A stretch of 62,817 nt of DNA, counting the filler. It is 4 parts of 4 records of this genome, joined end to end, with 100 filler letters (N's around TTAATTAATTAA, not from the genome) between each part and the next. Parts side by side here need not be neighbours in the genome. Positions count along the whole stretch, not along the records: positions 1 to 15,900 come from SRR16203515_1227; positions 16,001 to 23,555 come from SRR16203515_1234; 2 more parts are not named here. One strand, 5' to 3'. Below are positions 9,288-17,012 of this stretch, in pieces. A program made the position numbers and the translations under genes. Within the stretch, counting starts at the first letter, position 1, and each line of letters starts with the position of its first letter. The notes beneath the pieces were generated by a model. It had not been told where the DNA came from and made no database searches. It worked only from the letters and a program-made list of their open reading frames with translations.

Positions 9288-9509
9288 TCATGCAGCCACC
9301 TCGACAAATATCACTTCTGGTTTCTTCTTCTTTTCTTCTAACGTAGCCAGAATCTCTTTTACTTTGTCGTCATAAACACTCAAATACAGGTTTGCCCCAG
9401 CAAGGCTCCAAGCCGTTTGAACTCGCTGTTTCTTCCCAAAACCACAAAAGAAGCGATCACCAATTTTTATCGCTACTGCTTGTTTTTGCGCTTGCTTGTA
9501 AAAACTCAT
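9288..9509 (-). CDS. Phage early-operon hypothetical protein
   Basis: 73 aa; ATGA overlap with the upstream ORF. Confidence 0.7.
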   Translation of the reverse strand: MSFYKQAQKQAVAIKIGDRFFCGFGKKQRVQTAWSLAGANLYLSVYDDKVKEILATLEEKKKKPEVIFVEVAA

Positions 9510-9736
9510 AAGCTGCTAAACTCCTGCGTATCCATGATCATGTGACCGCCAGTGTGATTACCTCTGATGATCACGCCTTTCAAAACGTGATGGCATTTGA
9601 ACAACTCGCAAGCCGTATCAATCGCTGGCTCTCGTGATTCAAACTCACCCAGCAACACGTTCTTCACTTCGTTGGTTTCATCATGGCGAACAACACCGCC
9701 ACCGCTATTCAGGGCAACTGCTACATAACTCAGCAT
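9506..9736 (-). CDS. Phage early-operon hypothetical protein
   Basis: 76 aa from the ATG at 9736; TGATG coupling to the upstream gene. Confidence 0.7.
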   Translation of the reverse strand: MLSYVAVALNSGGGVVRHDETNEVKNVLLGEFESREPAIDTACELFKCHHVLKGVIIRGNHTGGHMIMDTQEFSSL

Positions 9737-10149
9737 CAGCAAGCCCCCACTGCCGATAAACAAAACTGCTCAAATTGATATAACGCTTCATCATCAAAGT
9801 GGCCTAAATCACGGAGGCCAAGCATTTCAAGAAATAGATGGCGGTTACTCATATCTAGGTTCGCCCAATGGTGAAGTTGCGAAACTTGTTCAATTGAACC
9901 GTTGCGGTACCAGCTTGGGAATGAATGGCCAAAGAACACACGGGCGCGATCGCTTTCCATTGCTTCTTTGATATCGGCCAACACTTCTTCTTGTGGGCGG
10001 TGGGTTTCGATCGGCTCTTGCTTCTTTGCGATAGCGTCAAGTTGAATCAAAACTTGGTGTTGCTGCTCTTGATTACTTGAATTAAAGCGCTCTGCAATTT
10101 GGTTAAAAGACTGACTAAATAGGTGTTTTTCAATATTGCTCATCATCAA
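9736..10149 (-). CDS. Phage early-operon hypothetical protein
   Basis: About 137 aa with a GAGG RBS; operonic with rep. Confidence 0.75.
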   Translation of the reverse strand: MMMSNIEKHLFSQSFNQIAERFNSSNQEQQHQVLIQLDAIAKKQEPIETHRPQEEVLADIKEAMESDRARVFFGHSFPSWYRNGSIEQVSQLHHWANLDMSNRHLFLEMLGLRDLGHFDDEALYQFEQFCLSAVGAC

Positions 10150-10168
10150 TTCCTCAAATTTTGAATAT

Positions 10169-10209
10169 AAAAAACCCTCCCTCTTTAAATCAAAGAGGGA
10201 TAAAGGGTG
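10169..10209 (-). terminator. Intra-operon terminator/attenuator in the early lytic operon
   Basis: TCCCTCTTT/AAAGAGGGA stem followed by GGGTTTTTT on the minus strand. Confidence 0.55.
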
Positions 10210-10253
10210 TAGGCAAAATGCCTAGTGGCTAGGTTGGCTTGGGTGTAACTGGG

Positions 10254-10547
10254 TTATGACCAGCGCGAAAGAACATCCTTTGCGTTGGCATCAATGCGGT
10301 TAATTTCACGTGAAAGGCGCATTTGTTCAGCGCGGCAATCACTCTTGGAATACTGAGCTTGTAACTCTTCACGCTTTGAGCGAAGTGGCTTTAACTGGCG
10401 CTCGCCAAGTTCTCTCCTTGTGCGCTGCAAGGCTGAAAGGCCACGTTGTTTTTGCTCGCGGTTTAAAGACCAACAAGGCAAATCAGGGCATGGGTTTTCT
10501 AGTGGTGGTACATTTACGATTGAAGGTTCTACTGTTGCAACTGACAT
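10254..10547 (-). CDS. Phage early-operon hypothetical protein
   Basis: 97 aa with a GAGG RBS, directly after cII. Confidence 0.7.
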   Translation of the reverse strand: MSVATVEPSIVNVPPLENPCPDLPCWSLNREQKQRGLSALQRTRRELGERQLKPLRSKREELQAQYSKSDCRAEQMRLSREINRIDANAKDVLSRWS

Positions 10548-10558
10548 ACAAAATTCCT

Positions 10559-11098
10559 CTAACTTAAGCCGGGGATTGGTGCACCGTTAGCGATAAAGTC
10601 GACACCCATACTTAAAAATGGGGTTACGCCCGTAGTGCGGTTTTCTAACTGAGACATAAGCAAAACCAAATTACCGATAGCGGCTTGAGCTTTTGCAATG
10701 GCCTTACGTCTATCGCTTCTGTATAAGCGGTCTGCATTGCACATCTTCAATGCATCGCTAGACAGCTCACCAGACAGGACCGAATTTTCGAGAATGCGTT
10801 CAACGAACGTTTTTGATTCTTCTTCACTGGGCACTTTTGCCACGACTACACCTAAATCGGCCAGTACGGTGTTAATGATGGTGTAGTCGCCCGTTTCCTT
10901 GCTGATGATTGCCAAATCGACAGGCGTTAACTTGTATTGTTGCTCTGGGTTTAGCTTGCTGCGTAACACCGTTGCATTCAAACCGATGCGCTTAGCAAGC
11001 TTTTCAATATTGTGATTGAGTACAAAGTCACGACACGCAGCGTCAAAAGCATTCTGTTTACACTCACGTAATTCGCACATAGCTACTTTATTATTCAT
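10559..11098 (-). CDS. cII: CII-family regulator (186/HP1 type)
   Basis: AFDAACRDF...LAKRIGLNATVLRSKLNPEQQYKLT motif; position after cox. Confidence 0.88.
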   Translation of the reverse strand: MNNKVAMCELRECKQNAFDAACRDFVLNHNIEKLAKRIGLNATVLRSKLNPEQQYKLTPVDLAIISKETGDYTIINTVLADLGVVVAKVPSEEESKTFVERILENSVLSGELSSDALKMCNADRLYRSDRRKAIAKAQAAIGNLVLLMSQLENRTTGVTPFLSMGVDFIANGAPIPGLS

Positions 11099-11110
11099 AT
11101 ACGACACTCT

Positions 11111-11206
11111 CTATAGGAAAGGCGGAACGAGAATGACGACCCAAGCGAACAAATGGAGCCAACTTGGGCAGAAATTCTTAGTCGGAATAAGGGCAGAAAA
11201 AGCCAT
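11111..11206 (-). CDS. 31-aa hydrophobic peptide between cox and cII
   Basis: Manual translation MAFSALIPTKNFCPSWLHLFAWVVILVPPFL; starts 2 nt after the cox stop and fills the gap. Confidence 0.5.
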   Translation of the reverse strand: MAFSALIPTKNFCPSWLHLFAWVVILVPPFL

Positions 11207-11208
11207 GA

Positions 11209-11421
11209 TTAGCCCAACTTCTCTAAGGCTTCACGAGATGCAATTTCCATCATGGCAATAACATTAACCATAGGGATTTCATTTTTTGCCGCTTTAGGGC
11301 GAATGATTAGCTTGTTGTTTTCCATGTCTTTACGGAGTGTCGAAAGGGATACGCCTGAATAGCGAGAATACTCTTCAATACGCATATATGGGACAGGGGG
11401 CGATAGTGCAAATGACAACAT
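11209..11421 (-). CDS. cox: Cox/Apl-like excisionase and repressor
   Basis: 70 aa winged-HTH-like sequence (PYMRIEEYSRYSGVSLSTLR...IIRPK...VNV), divergent from cI, AAGGA RBS. Confidence 0.8.
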   Translation of the reverse strand: MLSFALSPPVPYMRIEEYSRYSGVSLSTLRKDMENNKLIIRPKAAKNEIPMVNVIAMMEIASREALEKLG

Positions 11422-11574
11422 GATGATATCCTTACAAGTTAATTTATTGAGAGTCAGGCTTACTTGGTTAGCTGCCGTGGTTAAGCTTGAGTACAAGAAA
11501 GATTATTGATCCATTTTTGAGCTCTGTAAAGACATTAAAGTGGTTTGTGATCGCAAAAATGGTTTCAAGACGCT
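11422..11574. promoter_or_regulatory. Lysis/lysogeny switch region
   Basis: Between divergent cox and cI; 9-bp inverted repeat CCATTTTTG (11511) / CAAAAATGG (11554). Confidence 0.6.
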
Positions 11575-12228
11575 ATGAATAAAATTTTACCGTTTGAATA
11601 TTTAAAGGGAGAGGCTTTTACAGAGAGGCTTAAAACGCTCACTGGAAAGAAAACTCTTTTAGAAATGTCTGAATTATTTGATGTTAAAAAATCCACTTTT
11701 AGCACTTGGAATACTCACGACAGAACGTCACATGAATTGATGGTTCGCTTACATTTAGCTTTAGGCATTCCAATCGAAGAGCTTGCGCTCCCTGAAGAAG
11801 AACGAGCAAAGCTACCAAGTCACCAACCAAAAACAATTATAGAGCAGCCTTCAGTTCAAATAACGGCAGCAAGCACAAACCCACAGCACCAAACTGTGAT
11901 TGTGAAAAGTTTTTGCTTAAGCGGTGGCAAGTTGATTGATACTGGTGAAATCCCGTACCCACTAAGAAGAATTAATAGCTTAGGCTTAAAGCAAGCGAAA
12001 TTGATTGAAATAGAGACTAACGAGGCTATCTTTTTACTTGATAAAAGCATGACAGATGCACTTCGCGGTAACTACTTAATAGATATTGATGGGCACCTGT
12101 CTATCAATCGTATTCAACGTCTACCAGGAAAGAAGCTGGCAATTGCATTTGATGACAGCACGATTGAGGTATCCGACGAAGATATCCAAGTGATTGGTTA
12201 CATTGCAGCAACGTTGAAGAAAGACTAA
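11575..12228 (+). CDS. cI: CI immunity repressor (186-type HTH plus C-terminal domain)
   Basis: N-terminal HTH (LLEMSELFDVKKSTFSTW) and C-terminal GNYLIDIDG...IQRLPGKKL typical of 186/HP1 CI. Confidence 0.88.
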   Translation: MNKILPFEYLKGEAFTERLKTLTGKKTLLEMSELFDVKKSTFSTWNTHDRTSHELMVRLHLALGIPIEELALPEEERAKLPSHQPKTIIEQPSVQITAASTNPQHQTVIVKSFCLSGGKLIDTGEIPYPLRRINSLGLKQAKLIEIETNEAIFLLDKSMTDALRGNYLIDIDGHLSINRIQRLPGKKLAIAFDDSTIEVSDEDIQVIGYIAATLKKD

Positions 12229-12242
12229 ATATAAATGACCCT

Positions 12243-12791
12243 ATGGCTAGGTATATTATGGAAAATGGATTTATTTGTACTTATCTATCACAGAGAAATA
12301 GGTTAAGTATTCAAAACTTAAATAAAACTCAAGTCACTGTTAATGAGTGTGATGAACCCACGCATATCCAAGGTTGGTGCTTACGCAATGGTTCTCCACG
12401 AACTTTACGGGTCGATCACATCCTTGATATTCACAATTCAATTCAAGAAGCTGAAGCCTTCTTTAAAGAAGCTGAAGCGAAACTGACTGAATGTAATTTT
12501 GAATTTGAAGTCGGACGTTCTGCAAATGCCAGCCGTTACTCAAGCCCTGAAACATTGGATATCTGCTTTACGGGTTTCAAAAAAACCGATAAGGGAGAAC
12601 TAACTGCGTTAGCAAAAGATAACGGTATGGCTGTCCGTGGTGAAGTGACTAAACACTTAGATATCCTCTGCTACGGCTACAACGCTGGTCCTAAAAAGCT
12701 AGAAAAAGCGATGTCGCAGGGTGTAATGATTTTAAATAAGCATCAGCTTGAAACCATGATTGAAACTGGTGAAGTCCCAGAAGACGTATAA
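12243..12791 (+). CDS. WYL-like plus BRCT domain protein
   Basis: N-terminal IQGWCLRNGSPRTLRVDHI resembles the WYL core; C-terminal ICFTGF...VTKHLDILCYGYNAGPKKLEKA...GVMIL is a ligase-type BRCT. Confidence 0.75.
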   Translation: MARYIMENGFICTYLSQRNRLSIQNLNKTQVTVNECDEPTHIQGWCLRNGSPRTLRVDHILDIHNSIQEAEAFFKEAEAKLTECNFEFEVGRSANASRYSSPETLDICFTGFKKTDKGELTALAKDNGMAVRGEVTKHLDILCYGYNAGPKKLEKAMSQGVMILNKHQLETMIETGEVPEDV

Positions 12792-12869
12792 TTACAATAT
12801 GATTTAGATGTTCAATGAAGGCATTCAAGTTGTAAGAAAAGTAGCAATCGAGATAAGGAAGAGTTAATT

Positions 12870-13043
12870 ATGAACCAGTTTACGGAATTAGTTGGTATGA
12901 AGTCTTACCTTCAAAAACACCTTAACGCCCCCGTAAACTGGGTCGCGTTCATCAAAGAACATAACATGAGCGTAGAAGAACAAAAGTACTGGCGTGATCA
13001 CTTCAATTTAGATCACCCCTTCGAAGGGCAGCTTGAAGCGTAG
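12870..13043 (+). CDS. 57-aa hypothetical protein
   Basis: Manual translation MNQFTELVGMKSYLQKHLNAPVNWVAFIKEHNMSVEEQKYWRDHFNLDHPFEGQLEA with an AAGGAAG RBS; below the ORF-track cutoff. Confidence 0.6.
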   Translation: MNQFTELVGMKSYLQKHLNAPVNWVAFIKEHNMSVEEQKYWRDHFNLDHPFEGQLEA

Positions 13044-13445
13044 AGGGGATGTAATCACAATGCGATCTGCTGATAGCAAACACGTTTTTGCCCCATTGTT
13101 AGATAGACCTTTTACTCACTCACATCCTGTTCATTGGGTTTTGCCCTACTGGAAGTTATCCATTCTTATAATGCTGTTCTTCGTTAATCCCCGAGTTGTA
13201 TCACGGGGGTAAATTCGACTGAACTATCAGCTCTCACATAACCCTGCTCTACTTGCACGCTTGCACTGTCATAAATCAAATTAATTCAACTTAACTAACT
13301 GCCTAGACTATAAGCAATTGTTAGTTAATGAAAATTTCGAGTAGAATTGTCTTGATATGGTACTTGAGAAATAATGTTCACTATGAAACTTTGTGAACCT
13401 CTTTAGTAGGCTTTATGAATCATTTGGAACTTCGAGACATAATTA

Positions 13446-14210
13446 ATGAAAGACGTATTTAAATCACTAAAAGAAAACGCAACTTCTCGTCTTAAAAACC
13501 CTGTGGTTGGTGCCTTCGCTCTTTCTTGGTGCGCCTTGAACATAAATGGGCTTACCATTTTTATGCTCTCGGGTACTTCAGATAAGATAAATATAGTTTC
13601 GAATAAGGTATGGTCACTAAATGAAGATGTTCTTTTCCCTTTATTCATCGCAATTCTTTATTTGCTCTTGCTACCGTTACTGAACTTGGCTTATGAACTT
13701 ATAAATGATGGCGTCATCAACTCCTTTCGACATAGAAGGCAAAATAATGCTGATAAAGAACGTTTCCTACAACAGAAATCTACAGTCGGTGCTAAGATTG
13801 AAGCTGATGAAGAATTTATAAGAAAACTGAAAGACCAAGAGGTCGAAAATTGGCTTCAAGAAAAAGCAATACGAAGCAAACAAATGATTGATCAAAAAGC
13901 AAAATATGCAGAACTTTTTCAGTCTTCATCTGAAAAAGAACAAACGTTTTATCAATCTCGTTCTGAGCTAAACAACATGATTGAGTCTTTGAAAAAGGCT
14001 CTTTCACAATTAGAACAACAGTTTAATCATTCCGAACAAGAAGCTGCTTCTAAGTCTACCTATCTAGACGATACTTTGGTAAATATGTCCAAAGTTATTG
14101 ATAGCCTTGCAGACTCGAATCACGACTCAAGAGCAGAACTCAAAGAGCTAGCATCTGATATCTGGAATATCAGGAGTAAATTTGGCATATGGGACGACAT
14201 ACCATTTTAA
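13446..14210 (+). CDS. Two-TM plus coiled-coil protein ending in an SSB-like DDIPF tail
   Basis: RLKNPVVGAFALSW TM1, LFPLFIAILYLLLLPLL TM2, long heptad-rich region, C-terminus ...GIWDDIPF-stop. Confidence 0.8.
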   Translation: MKDVFKSLKENATSRLKNPVVGAFALSWCALNINGLTIFMLSGTSDKINIVSNKVWSLNEDVLFPLFIAILYLLLLPLLNLAYELINDGVINSFRHRRQNNADKERFLQQKSTVGAKIEADEEFIRKLKDQEVENWLQEKAIRSKQMIDQKAKYAELFQSSSEKEQTFYQSRSELNNMIESLKKALSQLEQQFNHSEQEAASKSTYLDDTLVNMSKVIDSLADSNHDSRAELKELASDIWNIRSKFGIWDDIPF

Positions 14211-14252
14211 TCTCGTGAACATTTCCTACGGTTTTTTATAATGCCACACATT

Positions 14253-14282
14253 AAAAAGCCGGACTCAATGAGCCCGGCTTCT
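14253..14282 (-). terminator. Intrinsic terminator, copy 1 of a repeated hairpin
   Basis: Minus strand AAGCCGGGCTC-ATT-GAGTCCGGCTTTTT after the 14307 stop. Confidence 0.75.
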
Positions 14283-14306
14283 CTTAGCTTGCTAAAACAC
14301 TTTGCT

Positions 14307-14714
14307 TTACTCTTCTAAGCTTAGCTTTATCTTAAATAGCTTTTTCCCAAATGTAGTATCAGAAATCACTTCTGAAATTGTGGCTTCAAAAGCACTCTTA
14401 TCGAAAGCTGTTTCATCCATAGCTTGATAATTAACATTTACTGGGTAACCGTCTTCAGACATCTTTATTTTGAAAAGTCTTTCTGGACGTTGTCCATCGA
14501 TAGCTAAATCAACAAAATCCCAGCCAGTATTGATAAAAGATAGTGACCCTGGTTTCATCGCTTTCTGGTTAACTAACTCCACTGAACAATCTACTTCTAG
14601 ATAGTTTTGCAACACATCAGAAAGATCTTTTAGAACACTTAAAATTTCCTGTTTGTTAGCTGCTGCATTTTCAGCTGCTGCAATGCCTTTAGTAAATGCG
14701 TCTTGTAAAATCAT
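14307..14714 (-). CDS. Hypothetical 135-aa partner of the EEP nuclease
   Basis: ATGA overlap with the upstream EEP gene implies translational coupling. Confidence 0.8.
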   Translation of the reverse strand: MILQDAFTKGIAAAENAAANKQEILSVLKDLSDVLQNYLEVDCSVELVNQKAMKPGSLSFINTGWDFVDLAIDGQRPERLFKIKMSEDGYPVNVNYQAMDETAFDKSAFEATISEVISDTTFGKKLFKIKLSLEE

Positions 14715-15697
14715 AGTTTAGCCTTGTGAAAAATTGGGTTAATGATACTGCTAAATACCGGATAGTGGTCAAACGTTCTCTTGGACTTTTCGAGTTCATT
14801 TTTAATTAATGGAAGCTCAATAACTTTACTTTCTTGTTCATCCAAATACCATGGTCCTTTGTCAGTTACGAAGCATGATGAAAAAACAATTTGGTCAAAC
14901 ATATAGTAACATTGGGGCTGTTTCGCTGTACTTGCGTGGTAGTAGCTGCCAACAATTTTGGGGGTTTTGTTCTTCATGTAACAATAAGGTTGTGCAGAAT
15001 ATGTAACTCTTGCAAATGGGTTATAGAAAAAACTTTCTGGTTTTTTTCTAACCGCGCTGTAGCACTTACTGGCCAACATGTAACTTAGTAATGACTCATT
15101 TGCAGGTTCATCATTAAAGTCCCCCATTGCGATTACTTGATTACCATTCTCAACTTGCTCAAGAGCTAAATCAGCTATTCTGGTTGCTTTTGCAATACGC
15201 TCTTTTTCATTCCCGGATAATCTAGATTGCCAGTGGCACAAGTAAATGCAAAATATATTACCATTTGAGATTTCAGTAACTTTAACCATTAAGCCAGCTC
15301 GTAGTTTTTCTTGGCCACTAAATCTGGCAGTTATCGCTGACTCAAAGGAAACAGTGAACCGATCTGCATTGTAGATCAATCCAAAATCAAACCAACTTTG
15401 CCCTATTTGGCTACCACTAGTTGCTTTAACTAAATCCAGTATTTTATAGGATGGGTGTGTTATTCCTAAGTGTTTAGAAATATGTACTATATTGTCGCTA
15501 TAGAGCTCACATAGCCCTACAAGGTGAGAACGACTGACCAGTTCATCAATAACTTGCAATGCTAAGTCTAACTTTTGTTGAGTGCATTTCCCTTTACATT
15601 TTGCAACTGGTGGCGTTAAGCCTGAATTCCAAAATGAGAGATTAATTCTTGCAGGCAACAATGAAAAACTAAAATCTATATCTTGATTAAATGTCAT
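14711..15697 (-). CDS. Endonuclease/exonuclease/phosphatase (EEP) family protein
   Basis: FWN, GLCE, CHWQS, MGDFND, FDQIVFS and FDHYPV catalytic motifs. Confidence 0.88.
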   Translation of the reverse strand: MTFNQDIDFSFSLLPARINLSFWNSGLTPPVAKCKGKCTQQKLDLALQVIDELVSRSHLVGLCELYSDNIVHISKHLGITHPSYKILDLVKATSGSQIGQSWFDFGLIYNADRFTVSFESAITARFSGQEKLRAGLMVKVTEISNGNIFCIYLCHWQSRLSGNEKERIAKATRIADLALEQVENGNQVIAMGDFNDEPANESLLSYMLASKCYSAVRKKPESFFYNPFARVTYSAQPYCYMKNKTPKIVGSYYHASTAKQPQCYYMFDQIVFSSCFVTDKGPWYLDEQESKVIELPLIKNELEKSKRTFDHYPVFSSIINPIFHKAKL

Positions 15698-15845
15698 TTT
15701 ATTTTGATAAAATAGTATCTTAGGGCAAGTGTACCATGCTGTAACTTAGCTGAGGTACAATAAAATGCACCAAGTCCTCCTCTAAATGGATTCAGCTTAA
15801 TATAGCCCCAATCCGTTAGCATTGATGGTTCAAATTTTATATATA

Positions 15846-15875
15846 AAAAAGCCGAACTCGATCAGTCCGGCTTCT
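15846..15875 (-). terminator. Intrinsic terminator, copy 2 of the repeated hairpin
   Basis: Minus strand AAGCCGGACT-GATCG-AGTTCGGCTTTTTT; 26/30 identical to 14253-14282. Confidence 0.7.
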
Positions 15876-15900
15876 TTCTCCTTGATATGACCAAAAAGGA

Positions 15901-16000
15901 NNNNNNNNNNNNNNNNNNNNNNNNNNNNNNNNNNNNNNNNNNNNTTAATTAATTAANNNNNNNNNNNNNNNNNNNNNNNNNNNNNNNNNNNNNNNNNNNN
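15901..16000. other. Artificial contig linker
   Basis: N run with a central TTAATTAATTAA (stops in all six frames). Confidence 0.98.
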
Positions 16001-16882
16001 AACGTAAAAAGCTACGTTAGAGTGGTTGAAGAAGGCAGTTTTAATGGCGCTGCGCGTAAACTCAATACCACCAGCTCAGCGATCAGCAAAAGAGTAAACT
16101 GGCTGGAAGAGCGCATTGGCACTCAACTTTTAAAGCGTACCACTCGCTCAATTAGCCAAACCGAAGCAGGCGCACTCTTCTATCAAAGAGCAAAAGATCA
16201 GCTCGATAATTGGCAGTCGATCATTGATGAGACTCGTTCGGTCAACCAAACCCCAGCGGGCTTGCTCAAGATAGGCGCGACCATCGCGGTTGGCTCTAAG
16301 TTTCTTGTGCAATACATGGACGACTTCTTAGAAAAGTACCCTGATATTAAGGTACAACTCATCACCACTACGCCCGGTCAATTACCCGAGCTTGGCTTGG
16401 ACTTGGTAATCAGTCGTGAACTAGAACAACTCAACTCATTAAGCTTCAAGAAAACACCTCTGTTCGAGCATAGAGCCAGCTTCTATGCAGCACCAAGCTA
16501 TCTTGCCAAACACGGCTACCCCACTTGCGAGCAAGATTTGGAGCAACACAACTCGTTAATTTGGGGAGAGCGTCCGACCCGTGAAGTAGCACTCACCAAA
16601 GGGCAGCGAATCACGTTAAACGGTAACTTTGCCACCACCAATCCAGAGGCGTTATTTCATGCGGCGAAGCGCGGAATGGGCGTATTGTTAACCATCAAAG
16701 CGATGATCAAAGAAGATCTCAAACAAGGGACATTAGTTCCAGTATTGCCAAATATAACAGCAGACGAAGTGATGGTTTACGCGTACTACCCTAAGCTTGA
16801 TTACTCACACACTCGAACCAAGCTGTTTTTGGATCACCTCAAAGAGAGATTGGACCGAGAGCGAAGCACTCAGATTCTGTGA
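16001..16882 (+). CDS. LysR-family transcriptional regulator (5' truncated)
   Basis: VEEGSFNGAARKL...SAISKRVNWLEERIGTQLLKRTTRS HTH; frame open from the contig start. Confidence 0.92.
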   Translation, partial: NVKSYVRVVEEGSFNGAARKLNTTSSAISKRVNWLEERIGTQLLKRTTRSISQTEAGALFYQRAKDQLDNWQSIIDETRSVNQTPAGLLKIGATIAVGSKFLVQYMDDFLEKYPDIKVQLITTTPGQLPELGLDLVISRELEQLNSLSFKKTPLFEHRASFYAAPSYLAKHGYPTCEQDLEQHNSLIWGERPTREVALTKGQRITLNGNFATTNPEALFHAAKRGMGVLLTIKAMIKEDLKQGTLVPVLPNITADEVMVYAYYPKLDYSHTRTKLFLDHLKERLDRERSTQIL

Positions 16883-17012
16883 AATAAATCACATTTAAAT
16901 TTGAAAAGTTATACAACACGACCAATAATAAACTAGACGCATATTGTTTTGTATGCACAGATAGACAAGACCTTACATAAACAGCTTACACAATGATTCT
17001 GGTTAGCTATGG

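Larger units (their letters stand above)
1..15900. mobile_element. P2/186/K139-like (Peduoviridae) prophage fragment
   Basis: Terminase, scaffold, portal, Ogr, HUH Rep A with P2-type ori, CII, Cox/Apl and 186-type CI in the canonical order. Integrase, att sites, capsid and tail genes are not in the window. Confidence 0.93.

Noticed and set aside
12800-15900. Integron cassette array (attC/VCR) or retron as the explanation for the cargo
   Set aside because: No VCR-like repeats with RYYYAAC/GTTRRRY ends were found, genes lie in both orientations, and there is no reverse transcriptase.
15901-16000. TTAATTAATTAA palindrome as a biological site or prophage boundary
   Set aside because: Identical in all three N gaps, so it is a synthetic linker; the LysR gene is not evidence of the integration site.
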